Notes: generated by a model not told the origin, from the letters alone. 64,000 nt of DNA from Wenzhouxiangellaceae bacterium (GCA_965227925.1 CBDDGP010000003.1:869472-933471), one strand, 5' to 3'. Shown: positions 8,702-18,205, counted from the stretch's first letter. A program made the numbers and translations.

Positions 8702-11188
8702 ATGACCCAGTCGCTCCCTTCGATGCGCCACCTGCTGATCGGCCCGCTGATCGGCCTGCTGACCAGCGCTGTGCTTGCGCCCTCCGCACTCGCGCAATGG
8801 AACCATCGATACGCGAAGCTCGACGACTTCGGTCACCACGTCTACCTCGAGCAGCACGAGCTGCCGATTCTCGCCCACGGCCCGACCGACCCCGCACCGG
8901 CCCCGGACAGCCGGCGACTGGCCTTCGCGGCGCAGGGCTGGCTCTGGGTCCTCGACCTGGAGACCGGCAACGCGACCCGGGTGACGGACGGGCCGCACGT
9001 CGACGCCCGGCCGCGCTGGTCCCCGGACGGTACCCGGCTGGCCTTCGTCCGCGACCGCGGAGACGATACGTCGATCGTGGTCCTGACGCTCGCCGACGGT
9101 CTGCAGCGCGTGATCGACACGCCCGGCATCGACCTGGACCCCGAGTTCCTGGCAGACGGTCGCGCGCTGATCCATAGCGCGGCGGTCGACGGCAGTCTCG
9201 AGCTGGTCCGCTTCGATCTGGAAACCGGCGAAACGGAAACGCTGACCGACCTCCCGCAGGTGGTGCGCAACGTTCGCCGGCTGGCCGCCGGCAGCGGCAT
9301 CGTCTACCTGCACGGAAACGGCGCACATCGCGTGCTGCGCGAACGCCGGTTCGGCTCCGGGGAGGACCGGATCGCCCATGCCGAAACCCTGACCTATCAC
9401 CTCACGTCCGACGTCCACCCCCGCCAGCGGTTGATCGTCTTCAGCGCGCCGATCGACAACGACTACCACCTGTGGACGATGGATCTCGACGATCCCCGAG
9501 TTCGTCACCGCTTGACGCAAGGGAGTCCGTACGCCACGTCACCGGCGTTCAGTGCCGACGGCGGGCACGTGTACTTCGTCGACCTTGGCGATCGACGCCA
9601 GTTCGGATTGAAGCGCATTGCGACCTACGGGGGCGCGCCCGAACCGGTCGACGTCCGTCGCTGGGACTACGGCACACCGACGGGACGGCTCGCGGTCACG
9701 GTCACCGACGAGAGTGGAGAGCCGGTCACCGCCCGGGTCTCGATCGTCGATCACCGAGGGCACCCGGTCGCATTCCACGAGGACGCGACCTTCTTCGATC
9801 CGCAGACCGGACGGCACTATTTCTATCTGCCCGGAACCACTCGCCTGACCGTACCGACAGGCCGCTACCGCATCGAGGCCGTGCGCGGCCCGCTGACGCC
9901 GCGGGTCGAAACCACCGTGGACGTCACCGAAGCGGGCGTGACGAACGCGAACCTCGCGCTGGACCCGCTCTGGAACGCCCGCGCCGCCGGCTACGTGTCG
10001 GCCGACCACCACGTCCACCTGAACGGCGACGGTCACCACCGCGCCGACCACGACGACGCCTTGCGGGCGATGTCCGGCGAGGACCTGGACCAGCTGGCTC
10101 CCCAATCCTGGAACCGCTGGGAGCGCCGGATCGATGCGGCTCTCCTGGGCTCGGACACGGTTCGCGACGGGCGCGCGGTCCACCAGGCCCAGGAAGTCCG
10201 CTCGCACTTCCACGGCCATATCGGGCTGCTCGGCGTCGATACGCCCTTCGCCCCGTGGTTCTTCGGTCCCAACAATCCGACGCTCGGCGACCCGGACAGG
10301 ACCAACGGCGACGTGATCGCCTTCGCCGAACGCACCGGCGCCTTTGCGACCTACGTCCACCCGATCGGCGATGACCGCGACCCGTTCACCCACCTCGAGG
10401 ATCGACCGATCCCGCTGGAACTGGTCTCCGACGGCGTGCTGGCCGAGCGCATGGGCATCGAGCTGGTCTGCGCGTGGACCAGCCCACTGGGCAATGCGGC
10501 GGTCTGGTACCGGTTGCTGAACATCGGCAAGCCCGTGGCTGCGATGTCGGGCACCGACGGCTGGGTCGATTTCCACCGCACGCCGGCGGTCGGCACCGGG
10601 CGCAACTACCTCCGCGTGCCGGAGAACCAGGCGTCGATCGAGGCCGTGATCGAGGCCGCCGCGGCCGGGCGCGGCTTCGTTTCCACGGGGCCGGCGCTGG
10701 TGTTCGAACTCGACGACGGTGCGCAGCCCGGTGGGGTTACATCCAGCGGTCGTCGGTCCTGGACGGCGACCCTGGCCAGCACGACGGCGATCGACGTCGT
10801 CGAGATCGTCGTCAACGGCGACGTCGTGGAAACCGCAGAGGGCGTCGGCGACGGAGAGACCCGCGAACTGCGCGGAGAGGTCGACCTGCCCGAAGGTGGC
10901 TGGGTCGCCATCCGGGCCTACGCGTCGGAGCTGCAGGACGATGCGTGGCCGACCATGCACGCCCGGCCCTTCGCCCACTCGTCGCCGATCTGGATCGGTC
11001 GGGTCGGCTCGACCGACCCGCAGGTCCGCACGGCCGCCGCGCGGGATCTGTTGCGAGCGGTGGAGACGTCGATTGCTGCGTTCGACGAAGCGTACGGGGA
11101 GGTACCGACGCCGAGGCTGGACGGGCGCCTGGACGACGCGCGGCGGCGCCTCGAAGCGATGATTCCCGTGGAAGAGCCGTCACAGTAG
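8702..11188 (+). CDS. secreted TolB-like beta-propeller protein fused to a CehA/McbA-type (PHP-like) metallohydrolase domain
   Basis: Signal peptide ...AVLAPSALAQ. Repeated PxWSPDGxxLAF-type propeller blades. The later ADHHVHLNGDGHH metal-binding motif and the C-terminal region are typical of the CehA/McbA family. Confidence 0.7.
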   Translation: MTQSLPSMRHLLIGPLIGLLTSAVLAPSALAQWNHRYAKLDDFGHHVYLEQHELPILAHGPTDPAPAPDSRRLAFAAQGWLWVLDLETGNATRVTDGPHVDARPRWSPDGTRLAFVRDRGDDTSIVVLTLADGLQRVIDTPGIDLDPEFLADGRALIHSAAVDGSLELVRFDLETGETETLTDLPQVVRNVRRLAAGSGIVYLHGNGAHRVLRERRFGSGEDRIAHAETLTYHLTSDVHPRQRLIVFSAPIDNDYHLWTMDLDDPRVRHRLTQGSPYATSPAFSADGGHVYFVDLGDRRQFGLKRIATYGGAPEPVDVRRWDYGTPTGRLAVTVTDESGEPVTARVSIVDHRGHPVAFHEDATFFDPQTGRHYFYLPGTTRLTVPTGRYRIEAVRGPLTPRVETTVDVTEAGVTNANLALDPLWNARAAGYVSADHHVHLNGDGHHRADHDDALRAMSGEDLDQLAPQSWNRWERRIDAALLGSDTVRDGRAVHQAQEVRSHFHGHIGLLGVDTPFAPWFFGPNNPTLGDPDRTNGDVIAFAERTGAFATYVHPIGDDRDPFTHLEDRPIPLELVSDGVLAERMGIELVCAWTSPLGNAAVWYRLLNIGKPVAAMSGTDGWVDFHRTPAVGTGRNYLRVPENQASIEAVIEAAAAGRGFVSTGPALVFELDDGAQPGGVTSSGRRSWTATLASTTAIDVVEIVVNGDVVETAEGVGDGETRELRGEVDLPEGGWVAIRAYASELQDDAWPTMHARPFAHSSPIWIGRVGSTDPQVRTAAARDLLRAVETSIAAFDEAYGEVPTPRLDGRLDDARRRLEAMIPVEEPSQ

Positions 11189-11541
11189 GCCTGCATTCCG
11201 GGCTGTCGGCTGTGTGATCGCGAGTTCGCCGCTTTGCGGCTCGGTTCGTCAGGATTCGAACCGCCAGCCCGCTTCGTCATCCTTGAAGCATCTGAACGAG
11301 GCGGGATCTCCTGTTGATGGCGGAGAGGGAGGGATGGACTGCGCGCCTGCGGCGCTTGCCCTCCGCTGCGCTTCGGGTTGCTGCGCCCGCTGCGCGGGCT
11401 TGCATCGAGCTCGCCTTCGGCTCGGTTCGAACCCATTTGCGTTGCTTAGCCTTGTCGCGACCCACGGGGCGTGCATCTTGGGTCGCCTGCCTGCGTTCGT
11501 CCCTCCAGGGTTCGAACCTCCAGCCCGCTTCGCCATCCATG

Positions 11542-11570
11542 AAAAAACCCCGCGCAAGGCGGGGCTTTTT
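11542..11570 (-). terminator. duplicated copy of the tRNA-Ser rho-independent terminator
   Basis: AAAAAACCCCGCGCAAGGCGGGGCTTTTT has stem CCCCGC/GCGGGG with A- and T-runs on either side, so it is bidirectional. Confidence 0.6.
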
Positions 11571-11800
11571 CATGGATGGCGGAGAGGGAGGGATGGACTG
11601 CGCGCCTGCGGCGCTTGCCCTCCGCTGCGCTTCGGGTTGCTGCGCCCGCTGCGCGGGCTTGCATCGAGCTCGCCTTCGGCTCGGTTCGAACCCATTTGCG
11701 TTGCTTAGCCTTGTCGCGACCCACGGGGCGTGCATCTTGAGTCGCCTGCCTGCGTTCGTCCCTCCAGGGTTCGAACCTCCAGCCCGCTTCGACATCCATG

Positions 11801-11829
11801 AAAAACCCCGCGCAAGGCGGGGCTTTTTC
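11801..11829 (-). terminator. rho-independent terminator of tRNA-Ser
   Basis: AAAAACCCCGCGCAAGGCGGGGCTTTTT lies 5 nt downstream of the tRNA CCA end on the minus strand. Confidence 0.75.
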
Positions 11830-11834
11830 ATGGA

Positions 11835-11925
11835 TGGCGGAGAGGGAGGGATTCGAACCCTCGAACCGGGGTTACCGGTTAACGGTTTTCGAGACCGCCG
11901 CATTCGACCACTCTGCCACCTCTCC
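11835..11925 (-). tRNA. tRNA-Ser (anticodon CGA), 91 nt with long variable arm and encoded CCA
   Basis: Reverse complement is GGAGAGGTGGCAGAGTGGTCGAATGCGGCGGTCTCGAAAACCGTTAACCGGTAACCCCGGTTCGAGGGTTCGAATCCCTCCCTCTCCGCCA. Acceptor GGAGAGG pairs with CCTCTCC, the anticodon loop is CTCGAAA, and the T-arm is GAGGG-TTCGAAT-CCCTC. Confidence 0.95.
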
Positions 11926-12261
11926 GAAACTTGAATTGTAGTGATCAGATTGTCCTGATCTGCGGTCCGTTGGACCGCGAGACCGCCGCATGGACTGCGC
12001 AGCTGCGCTGCTTGCCCTCCGCTGGCGCTCCGGGTGGCTTCAACCGCTTCGCGGTCTTCGCATCGAGCTCGCTACGCTCGGTTCGACCACTCTGCCACCT
12101 CTCCGAAACTTGAATTGTAGTGATCAGATCGTCCTGATCTGCGGTCCGTTGGACCGCGAGACCGCCGCATGGACTGCGCAGCTGCCGCTTGTTCTCCGCC
12201 GCTCCGGGTCGCGATTCGCTGGCCGGAATCGAGCGGATGAATCAAGCTCGCCAGTATACCG
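11904..12261. repeat. 179-bp direct duplication covering the tRNA-Ser 5' part, its upstream region and a 91-nt insertion element
   Basis: TCGACCACTCTGCCACCTCTCCGAAACTTGAATTGTAGTGATCAGAT... occurs at 11904 and 12083. The first ~105 nt differ at one position that I can see. The second copy then degenerates. Confidence 0.85.
11935..11940 (-). promoter_or_regulatory. candidate -10 hexamer (TACAAT) for tRNA-Ser; an identical copy lies at 12114..12119 in the upstream duplication
   Basis: The minus strand reads CACTACAATTCAAGTTTC followed by GGAGAGG of the tRNA. No convincing -35 element was seen. Confidence 0.35.
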
Positions 12262-12341
12262 AAGTTGAAACGTTTCGGACACCCCGATGTGGCGGATCGA
12301 GGGTCGTAGAATCCGGGTTCCGGGCCCGGAGGAACGATGGA

Positions 12342-13049
12342 ATGACTGAAGCGCTGTTTGCCGAAGATGCCTACCTGACGCAATGCACGGCGCGGGTTGT
12401 GGAGGCCGGGGCCGAGGGGGTGGTGCTCGACCGGACCGTGTTCTATCCGCTCGGCGGCGGCCAGCCCGGCGACCGCGGCGTGCTCGAATGGGATGATCAT
12501 CAGTTGGCGGTGACGGACACCCGCCGGCGACGCGAGGACGGCGCGATCGTCCACGTTCCGGCCCGGGGCTCCGCTCTGCCGGCGGTGGATACGGAGGTCT
12601 CCGCGCGCATCGACTGGGCGCTGCGGCACCGCCACATGCGGATGCACACCGCATTGCACCTGCTCGGCGCGGTACTCGCCTATCCGGTCACCGGGGGCAA
12701 TATCTCCGCCGAGAAGAGTCGCCTCGATTTCGACATGGCCGATGCCGCCGACAAGGAGGCCGTGACCGCCGAAGTGAACGCCATGATCGAGGAGGCCCAC
12801 CCGGTCGAGTCGCGCTGGATCGACGAGGAGGACCTCGATCCCGGGCTGATCCGGACGATGTCGGTCAAGCCGCCGACCGGGGTCGGCCGGATCCGCCTTC
12901 TCGAGATTCCAGGCATCGATCTGCAGCCCTGCGGCGGGACGCACGTGCGGCGAACCGACGAAATCGGCCGTGTTGCCGTGACCCGGATCGAGAACAAGGG
13001 GCGCCAGAACCGCCGCGTTCACCTGGTTCTCGAAGACAGCGACGACTGA
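12342..13049 (+). CDS. alaX: alanyl-tRNA editing protein (AlaX-type, AlaRS second additional domain)
   Basis: ATG at 12342 preceded by GGAGG. Zinc motifs HTALHLL and CGGTHV are typical of Ala/Thr-tRNA editing domains. Confidence 0.85.
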   Translation: MTEALFAEDAYLTQCTARVVEAGAEGVVLDRTVFYPLGGGQPGDRGVLEWDDHQLAVTDTRRRREDGAIVHVPARGSALPAVDTEVSARIDWALRHRHMRMHTALHLLGAVLAYPVTGGNISAEKSRLDFDMADAADKEAVTAEVNAMIEEAHPVESRWIDEEDLDPGLIRTMSVKPPTGVGRIRLLEIPGIDLQPCGGTHVRRTDEIGRVAVTRIENKGRQNRRVHLVLEDSDD

Positions 13050-13057
13050 CGCGGAAC

Positions 13058-13636
13058 TCAGCCGGCGATCGAGGGGTGGGTGGCGGCGAAGGTCGCGTCC
13101 GCTTCCCAGGCTTCGACCACGCGCTCGAGCGCAGGAAACGAACCGCTGCGAATCCGGTTTCGGAACACGGCCCAGCTCAGGAAGCATGCCAGACGGAGGC
13201 CGTCGTCATCGGCGTGGGGTGCGTCAGTGAACTGACGGTCGAGTTCGACCAGACTGCTTTCGACGCGGTCGCGCTGGCGAGCCAGGTAGGGCACCTCGTC
13301 CGGCCGCAGGCCGTCGCGTTCGAGCAGGAACAGGTTCACGGTCGCATCCATTGCCGTATTGACCATCAGGTAGCGGTCGAACGCCTCCGGGTCGGCCAGA
13401 AAGGTCCGCCCGCCCCGCTCGCGGATCCAGCGCAGGATGCTGCTCGAGTCGGTCAACTGGATCGCTCGATCGCCGCCGCAGTCGTGCTCGAAGAACGGCA
13501 CGCGGCGGGTCGGCGACTGACGAGCGCTGGCCGAATAGTCGGTCTCGACGAATTCGAACGGCTCGCCCTGCTGGATCAGCGCCACGCGACAGTGACGTAC
13601 GTAGGGTGAGGTGTAGCTTCCGTACAGCTTCATCAT
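13058..13636 (-). CDS. glutathione S-transferase family protein
   Basis: MMKLYGSYTSPYVRHCRVALIQQGEPFEFVETD... is the thioredoxin-like N-terminal domain, followed by a helical C-terminal domain. The rest of ORF 13058..14203 is a spurious upstream extension. Confidence 0.8.
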   Translation of the reverse strand: MMKLYGSYTSPYVRHCRVALIQQGEPFEFVETDYSASARQSPTRRVPFFEHDCGGDRAIQLTDSSSILRWIRERGGRTFLADPEAFDRYLMVNTAMDATVNLFLLERDGLRPDEVPYLARQRDRVESSLVELDRQFTDAPHADDDGLRLACFLSWAVFRNRIRSGSFPALERVVEAWEADATFAATHPSIAG

Positions 13637-13721
13637 GGATCTCCGTGAACGGCGAGATCGGCCGGGAGCACGCCGACCGCCGCAGCCACCGCGCGCTGCG
13701 CGCTCAACGCTTCCCCGACCG

Positions 13722-15671
13722 TCATTTCTTCTTGCGCGCCTGCAGCTGCGCCTTCCGCTCGGCCCGGGTCCGCGCGGGTCGCTTCGGCGGAGAGTGCCCG
13801 CTTTCCTTGCGGCGGCCGGCGCGGTCGGCCGATCTGTCGGTCGACTCGCGAACCGCCTTCGAGCCCGCCGCGTTGTCGCGTCTCGGCGCCTTCTTCCTGA
13901 CCCGCTTCGTCTTCGACGGCGCCATCGACCGGTCGCGGCCGGGCTTCCCAGTCGGTCCTGGCCGTCCTGATGCCTCCGGCGCCGACCGTGCGGCCGGGCC
14001 CGGGCGGCCACGATCGAGCGAGATCCGGAGCGCCTGACCGGCCACGCGGACCGTGGCCAGATGGTCGAGCAGCGCCGGCTCGAGATCGGCCGGCAGGTCG
14101 ACCACGCTGAAGGTCGGCTGGATGTCGATCCGGCCGATCCGGCCGGCGTCCAGCCCGGCTTCGTTGGCGATTGCACCGACAATGTTGCCCGGCTTGACCC
14201 CATGGCGCGCGCCCACTTCGATCCGGTAGCCGACCAGGCCGGCGTCCTGGCCGGTCCGGGCGGCCCGGGCCGTGCGCGGCTCTCTCGGTCGGCCGTGTTC
14301 GGCCGGCGGGTCGTCGAAGCTCACCGCGGGTCGATCGACGCCGAGGCGCGGTGCGTCGCCGCGCGCCATCACCGCCAGCGCGGCCGCGACATCGTCGATC
14401 GACGCGTCCAGCGTATCGACCGCTTCGCGCACCATCGCGCGTCCCGCATCGAAGTCGTCGCCGTCCAGCGCCGCCCGGATTCTCTGCTGGAACCGCAGCG
14501 ATCGCTGGGCTTCGACGTCGCCCACGGTCGGCAGGCTCATCGCCTCGATCGGCTGGCGGGTTGCCCGTTCGATCGCCCGCAGCATGCCGCGTTCGCGCGG
14601 CGCGGCGAACAGGATCGCCTCGCCGGAACGCCCGGCGCGTCCGGTCCGGCCGATCCTGTGCACGTAGGCCTCCGTGTCGTACGGAATGTCGTAATTGACC
14701 ACGTGGCTGATCCGCTCGACGTCGAGGCCTCGCGCGGCGACGTCGGTCGCGGCGAGGATGTCGATTTCGCCGCGCTTCAGCCGCTCGACGATCTGCTCGC
14801 GCTGCTTCTGGGGAACATCGCCGTTCAGGGCCGCGGCGGAAAACCCGCGCGCCTCGAGCCGCTGGGCCAGTTGCTCGGTGGCGATCCGAGTGCGCGCGAA
14901 CACGATCATCGCGTCGAACTGTTCGACTTCCAGGATCCGCGTCAGCGCGTCGAGCTTGTGGACGCCGCTGACGACCCAGTAGCGCTGCCGGATATTCGCC
15001 GCCGTGGTCGTGCTCGCACGGATCGTGATGTGCTCGGCGTCGCTCATGTGGCGCTCGGCGATCCGGCGGATCGCGTCGGGCATGGTGGCCGAGAACAGGG
15101 CTTTCTGGCAGCTGGCCGGAATCCGCTCCATGACATCGCGGACGTCGTCGATGAAGCCCATGCGAAGCATCTCGTCAGCTTCATCGAGGACCAGGGTCTG
15201 CACACGGTCGATCTTCAGCGTGCCCTTGCCCAGGTGGTCCATGATCCGGCCCGGCGTGCCGACCACCACGTCGGCGCCCCGGCGCAGCCCGTTGAGCTGC
15301 GGTGCGTAGGCCTGCCCGCCGTAGATCGGCAGGACGTGGAAGCCCTTCAGGCCGCGGGCATAGCTCTGGAACGCCTCGGCGACCTGGATCGCGAGCTCGC
15401 GGGTCGGCGCCAGGACCAGGGCGGACGGGCGAGCCGCCGAGGCGTCGCGCCGCGCCAGGATCGGCAGCGCGAACGCGGCGGTCTTGCCGGTTCCGGTCTG
15501 GGCCTGGCCGAGCACGTCGCGACCGGCCAGCAGGGCTGGAATCGTTGCGGCCTGGATCGGCGACGGCGCTTCGTAGCCCAGATCCGCCAGCGTGCTCAGC
15601 AGCGGTGCGGGAAGGCCCAGGTCGTCGAAGCCCGGTTCGGGGGCGTCGGAATCGGACATGTCGGAATCCAT
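13722..15671 (-). CDS. deaD: DEAD-box ATP-dependent RNA helicase (DeaD/CsdA-like) with basic C-terminal tail
   Basis: Motifs seen: Q-motif [20 protein letters not shown] (VLDEADEML), [14 protein letters not shown] DbpA-like RNA-binding region is followed by an Arg/Lys-rich tail. Confidence 0.93.
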   Translation of the reverse strand: MDSDMSDSDAPEPGFDDLGLPAPLLSTLADLGYEAPSPIQAATIPALLAGRDVLGQAQTGTGKTAAFALPILARRDASAARPSALVLAPTRELAIQVAEAFQSYARGLKGFHVLPIYGGQAYAPQLNGLRRGADVVVGTPGRIMDHLGKGTLKIDRVQTLVLDEADEMLRMGFIDDVRDVMERIPASCQKALFSATMPDAIRRIAERHMSDAEHITIRASTTTAANIRQRYWVVSGVHKLDALTRILEVEQFDAMIVFARTRIATEQLAQRLEARGFSAAALNGDVPQKQREQIVERLKRGEIDILAATDVAARGLDVERISHVVNYDIPYDTEAYVHRIGRTGRAGRSGEAILFAAPRERGMLRAIERATRQPIEAMSLPTVGDVEAQRSLRFQQRIRAALDGDDFDAGRAMVREAVDTLDASIDDVAAALAVMARGDAPRLGVDRPAVSFDDPPAEHGRPREPRTARAARTGQDAGLVGYRIEVGARHGVKPGNIVGAIANEAGLDAGRIGRIDIQPTFSVVDLPADLEPALLDHLATVRVAGQALRISLDRGRPGPAARSAPEASGRPGPTGKPGRDRSMAPSKTKRVRKKAPRRDNAAGSKAVRESTDRSADRAGRRKESGHSPPKRPARTRAERKAQLQARKKK

Positions 15672-15791
15672 GCGGAATTGCCAATGATAGCGGTTCGGAA
15701 CGGCGCCTCGTCCCCGCCGCCCGGAATCGGACCCGATCGAGCGGGTAAACTAGCCCGTTGTTCGCGCATCCCATTCCAAGGCAAGGACCCC

Positions 15792-17399
15792 ATGCCCCGC
15801 ATCGAATCGCAGGTCAATCGGAAGGACCCGGACTTCGTCGACCGCGCCGAGCACCATCGGGCGCTGGCCGCTGACCTGCGCGAGCGGCTCGACCGGACCG
15901 CGCTCGGCGGTCCGGAACGCTCGCGGGACAAGCACGTCGCGCGCGGCAAGCTTCTGCCGCGCGAGCGCGTCCGCACGCTGCTCGATCCGGGGAGCCCGTT
16001 CCTCGAAGTCTCGCCGATGGCCGCCAACGGCCTGTACGACGACGCTGCGCCGGCGGCCGGCGTGGTTGCCGGCATCGGACGAATCCAGGACACCGAATGC
16101 ATGGTCGTGGCCAACGACGCGACGGTCAAGGGCGGCACCTACTACCCGATGACGGTCAAGAAGCACCTGCGGGCCCAGGAGATCGCGCTGGAGAATCACC
16201 TGCCCTGCATCTATCTCGTCGACTCCGGCGGCGCCTTCCTGCCGCTGCAGGACGAGGTCTTCCCGGACAAGGACCACTTCGGCCGGATCTTCTACAACCA
16301 GGCGCGGCTTTCGGCGGCCAACATCCCGCAGATCGCGGTCGTCATGGGCTCCTGCACGGCCGGCGGCGCCTACGTACCGGCGATGTGCGACGAGGCGATC
16401 ATCGTCAAGGAACAGGGAACGATCTTTCTCGGCGGGCCGCCGTTGGTCAAGGCGGCGACCGGTGAGGAGGTCGATGCCGAGACCCTGGGCGGCGCTGACG
16501 TCCACACCCGCCTGTCGGGCGTCGCCGACCACTTCGCCGAGAACGACACGCACGCGCTGGCCATGGCGCGCGACATCGTCGGCCACCTGAATCGCCGCGG
16601 CCCGGACGGGCCGGCCCGGAGGCCGACCGAGCCGCCGGCCTACCCGGCCGACGATCTCTACGGCATCCTGCCCACCGACACCCGCTACCCCTTCGAGGTC
16701 CGCGAGATCATCGCCCGGCTGGTCGACGGGTCGGAATTCAGCGAGTTCAAGGCGCGCTACGGCACCACCCTGGTCTGCGGCTTCGCTCACCTGCACGGCA
16801 TGCCGGTCGGTATCGTCGCCAACAACGGCATCCTGTTTTCCGAATCGGCGCTGAAGGGTGCGCACTTCATCGAGCTTTGCAATCAGCGCGATATCCCGTT
16901 GATCTTCCTGCAGAACATCACCGGCTTCATGGTCGGCAAGAAGTACGAACAGTCCGGCATTGCCCGCGACGGGGCCAAGATGGTCACCGCCGTTGCCTGC
17001 TCGCACGTGCCGAAGTTCACGGTGATCATCGGCGGCTCTTTCGGCGCCGGCAACTACGCCATGTGCGGACGGGCCTACGGAGCGCGGTTTCTCTGGACCT
17101 GGCCGAACGCCCGCATCTCGGTCATGGGCGGTGAGCAGGCCGCCAGCGTGCTGGCCACGGTCAAGCGCGACGGTCTCGAACGCGCCGGAACGGAATGGAG
17201 CGACGAGGAGGAAGAGGCCTTCAAGGCGCCGATCCGCGAGCAGTACGAACACCAGGGCCATCCCTTCTACGCAACGGCCCGTCTGTGGGACGACGGCGTG
17301 ATCGATCCGGCGGATACGCGGCGCGTGCTCGGCCTGGCCCTGGCCGCTTCGCTCAATGCGCCGATCGAGAAGGGACGCTTCGGCGTCTTCCGGATGTAG
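15792..17399 (+). CDS. liuB: methylcrotonyl-CoA carboxylase, carboxyltransferase (beta) subunit
   Basis: ATG at 15792 within ORF 14061..17399. [25 protein letters not shown]...[26 protein letters not shown] is typical of acyl-CoA carboxylase carboxyltransferase domains. The gene lies in liu operon context. Confidence 0.92.
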   Translation: MPRIESQVNRKDPDFVDRAEHHRALAADLRERLDRTALGGPERSRDKHVARGKLLPRERVRTLLDPGSPFLEVSPMAANGLYDDAAPAAGVVAGIGRIQDTECMVVANDATVKGGTYYPMTVKKHLRAQEIALENHLPCIYLVDSGGAFLPLQDEVFPDKDHFGRIFYNQARLSAANIPQIAVVMGSCTAGGAYVPAMCDEAIIVKEQGTIFLGGPPLVKAATGEEVDAETLGGADVHTRLSGVADHFAENDTHALAMARDIVGHLNRRGPDGPARRPTEPPAYPADDLYGILPTDTRYPFEVREIIARLVDGSEFSEFKARYGTTLVCGFAHLHGMPVGIVANNGILFSESALKGAHFIELCNQRDIPLIFLQNITGFMVGKKYEQSGIARDGAKMVTAVACSHVPKFTVIIGGSFGAGNYAMCGRAYGARFLWTWPNARISVMGGEQAASVLATVKRDGLERAGTEWSDEEEEAFKAPIREQYEHQGHPFYATARLWDDGVIDPADTRRVLGLALAASLNAPIEKGRFGVFRM

Positions 17400-17407
17400 C
17401 GGCCGTC

Positions 17408-18204
17408 ATGCTGAACCACGACATTGACAAACGGGGCGTCGCCACCTTGACGCTCGACCGGGCCGACGTTCACAACGCCTTCAACGCCGAGCTGATCGCT
17501 GCACTGACGCAGCGCTTCGAGCGCCTGGTCGACGCGCCGCCGCGGGTGCTGGTGCTGGCCGGCTCCGGACGGTCGTTCTCGGCCGGCGCCGACCTCGGCT
17601 GGATGCGCGGCATGGCCGAAGCGGGCGAGGACGAGAACCGGGCCGACGCGGAGCGCCTGGCCGCGATGTTCCGCGCGCTGGACGCCCTGCCCTGTCCCGT
17701 GATCGCACGGGTCCACGGCCCGGCCTTCGGCGGCGGCGTGGGCCTGGTCGCCTGCTGCGACATGGCCATCGCGGCTACCGACGCCAGATTCGGTCTGACC
17801 GAGGTCCGTCTCGGACTGATCCCGGCGACGATCGCCCCGTTCGTGCTGGCCCGGATCGGAGCCGCTGCCGCCGCCGCTACTTCCTCACCGGTGAGCGCTT
17901 CGATGCCGCAGAGGCCCGCCGGATCGGCCTGGTCGACGAGGTCGTGGAGCCCGACCGGCTCGACGACGCGCTGGCCGAACGCATCGACGCGCTGCTCGCC
18001 TGCGGTCCGCAGGCGATCGCCGAATGCAAGGCGCTGATCCAGCGCGTGACCGAGTTCGAAGGCGGACTGCAGGAACTCGACGCGATCACGGCCGAATGGA
18101 TCGCCCGGATCCGCGTCTCGCCCGAAGGCCAGGCCGGCCTGCGCGCATTTCTCGAAAAACAACGCCCGGACTGGAGCCGGCGCGACCGGAGCTCCGAGCC
18201 CTGA
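17408..18204 (+). pseudogene. liuC: methylglutaconyl-CoA hydratase (crotonase family), reading frame broken by an apparent 1-nt deletion near 17861-17877
   Basis: The N-terminal 150 aa (frame of ATG 17408) are crotonase-like: LAGSGRSFSAGADLGWM...VHGPAFGGGVGL. The conserved continuation RRYFLTGERFDAAEARRIGLVDEVVEP...GLRAFLEKQRPDW is in the -1 frame and ends at 18204. The span of 797 nt is not a multiple of 3. Confidence 0.75.
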
Positions 18205-18205
18205 C

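Larger units (their letters stand above)
11318..11834. repeat. two tandem 259/258-bp repeat units, each starting with an 18-nt copy of the tRNA-Ser 3' end and ending with the tRNA terminator hairpin
   Basis: TGGCGGAGAGGGAGGGAT occurs at 11318, 11577 and, as part of the real tRNA, 11835. I saw only a few mismatches between the two units. An older degraded copy lies at about 11190-11317. Confidence 0.9.

Noticed and set aside
11214-11934. Several 100-200-aa ORFs on both strands across the tRNA-Ser repeat region (11214..11708, 11314..11934, 11277..11903 and others).
   Set aside because: They run through tandem DNA repeats, terminator hairpins and the tRNA itself. Their repetitive peptide sequence simply mirrors the DNA repeats. 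No RBS or family signal was seen.
11318-12261. Possibility that the repeats around tRNA-Ser form a CRISPR array.
   Set aside because: The units are 258-259 bp and 179 bp tandem duplications with no short repeat/unique spacer alternation. No cas genes are in the window.
17858-17880. Programmed -1 ribosomal frameshifting as an explanation for the liuC frame break.
   Set aside because: There is no X XXY YYZ slippery heptamer and no obvious downstream stimulatory structure. An indel in the GCC/GCT run, whether a real mutation or a sequencing error, is the simpler explanation. It is kept only as a minor alternative in the finding.
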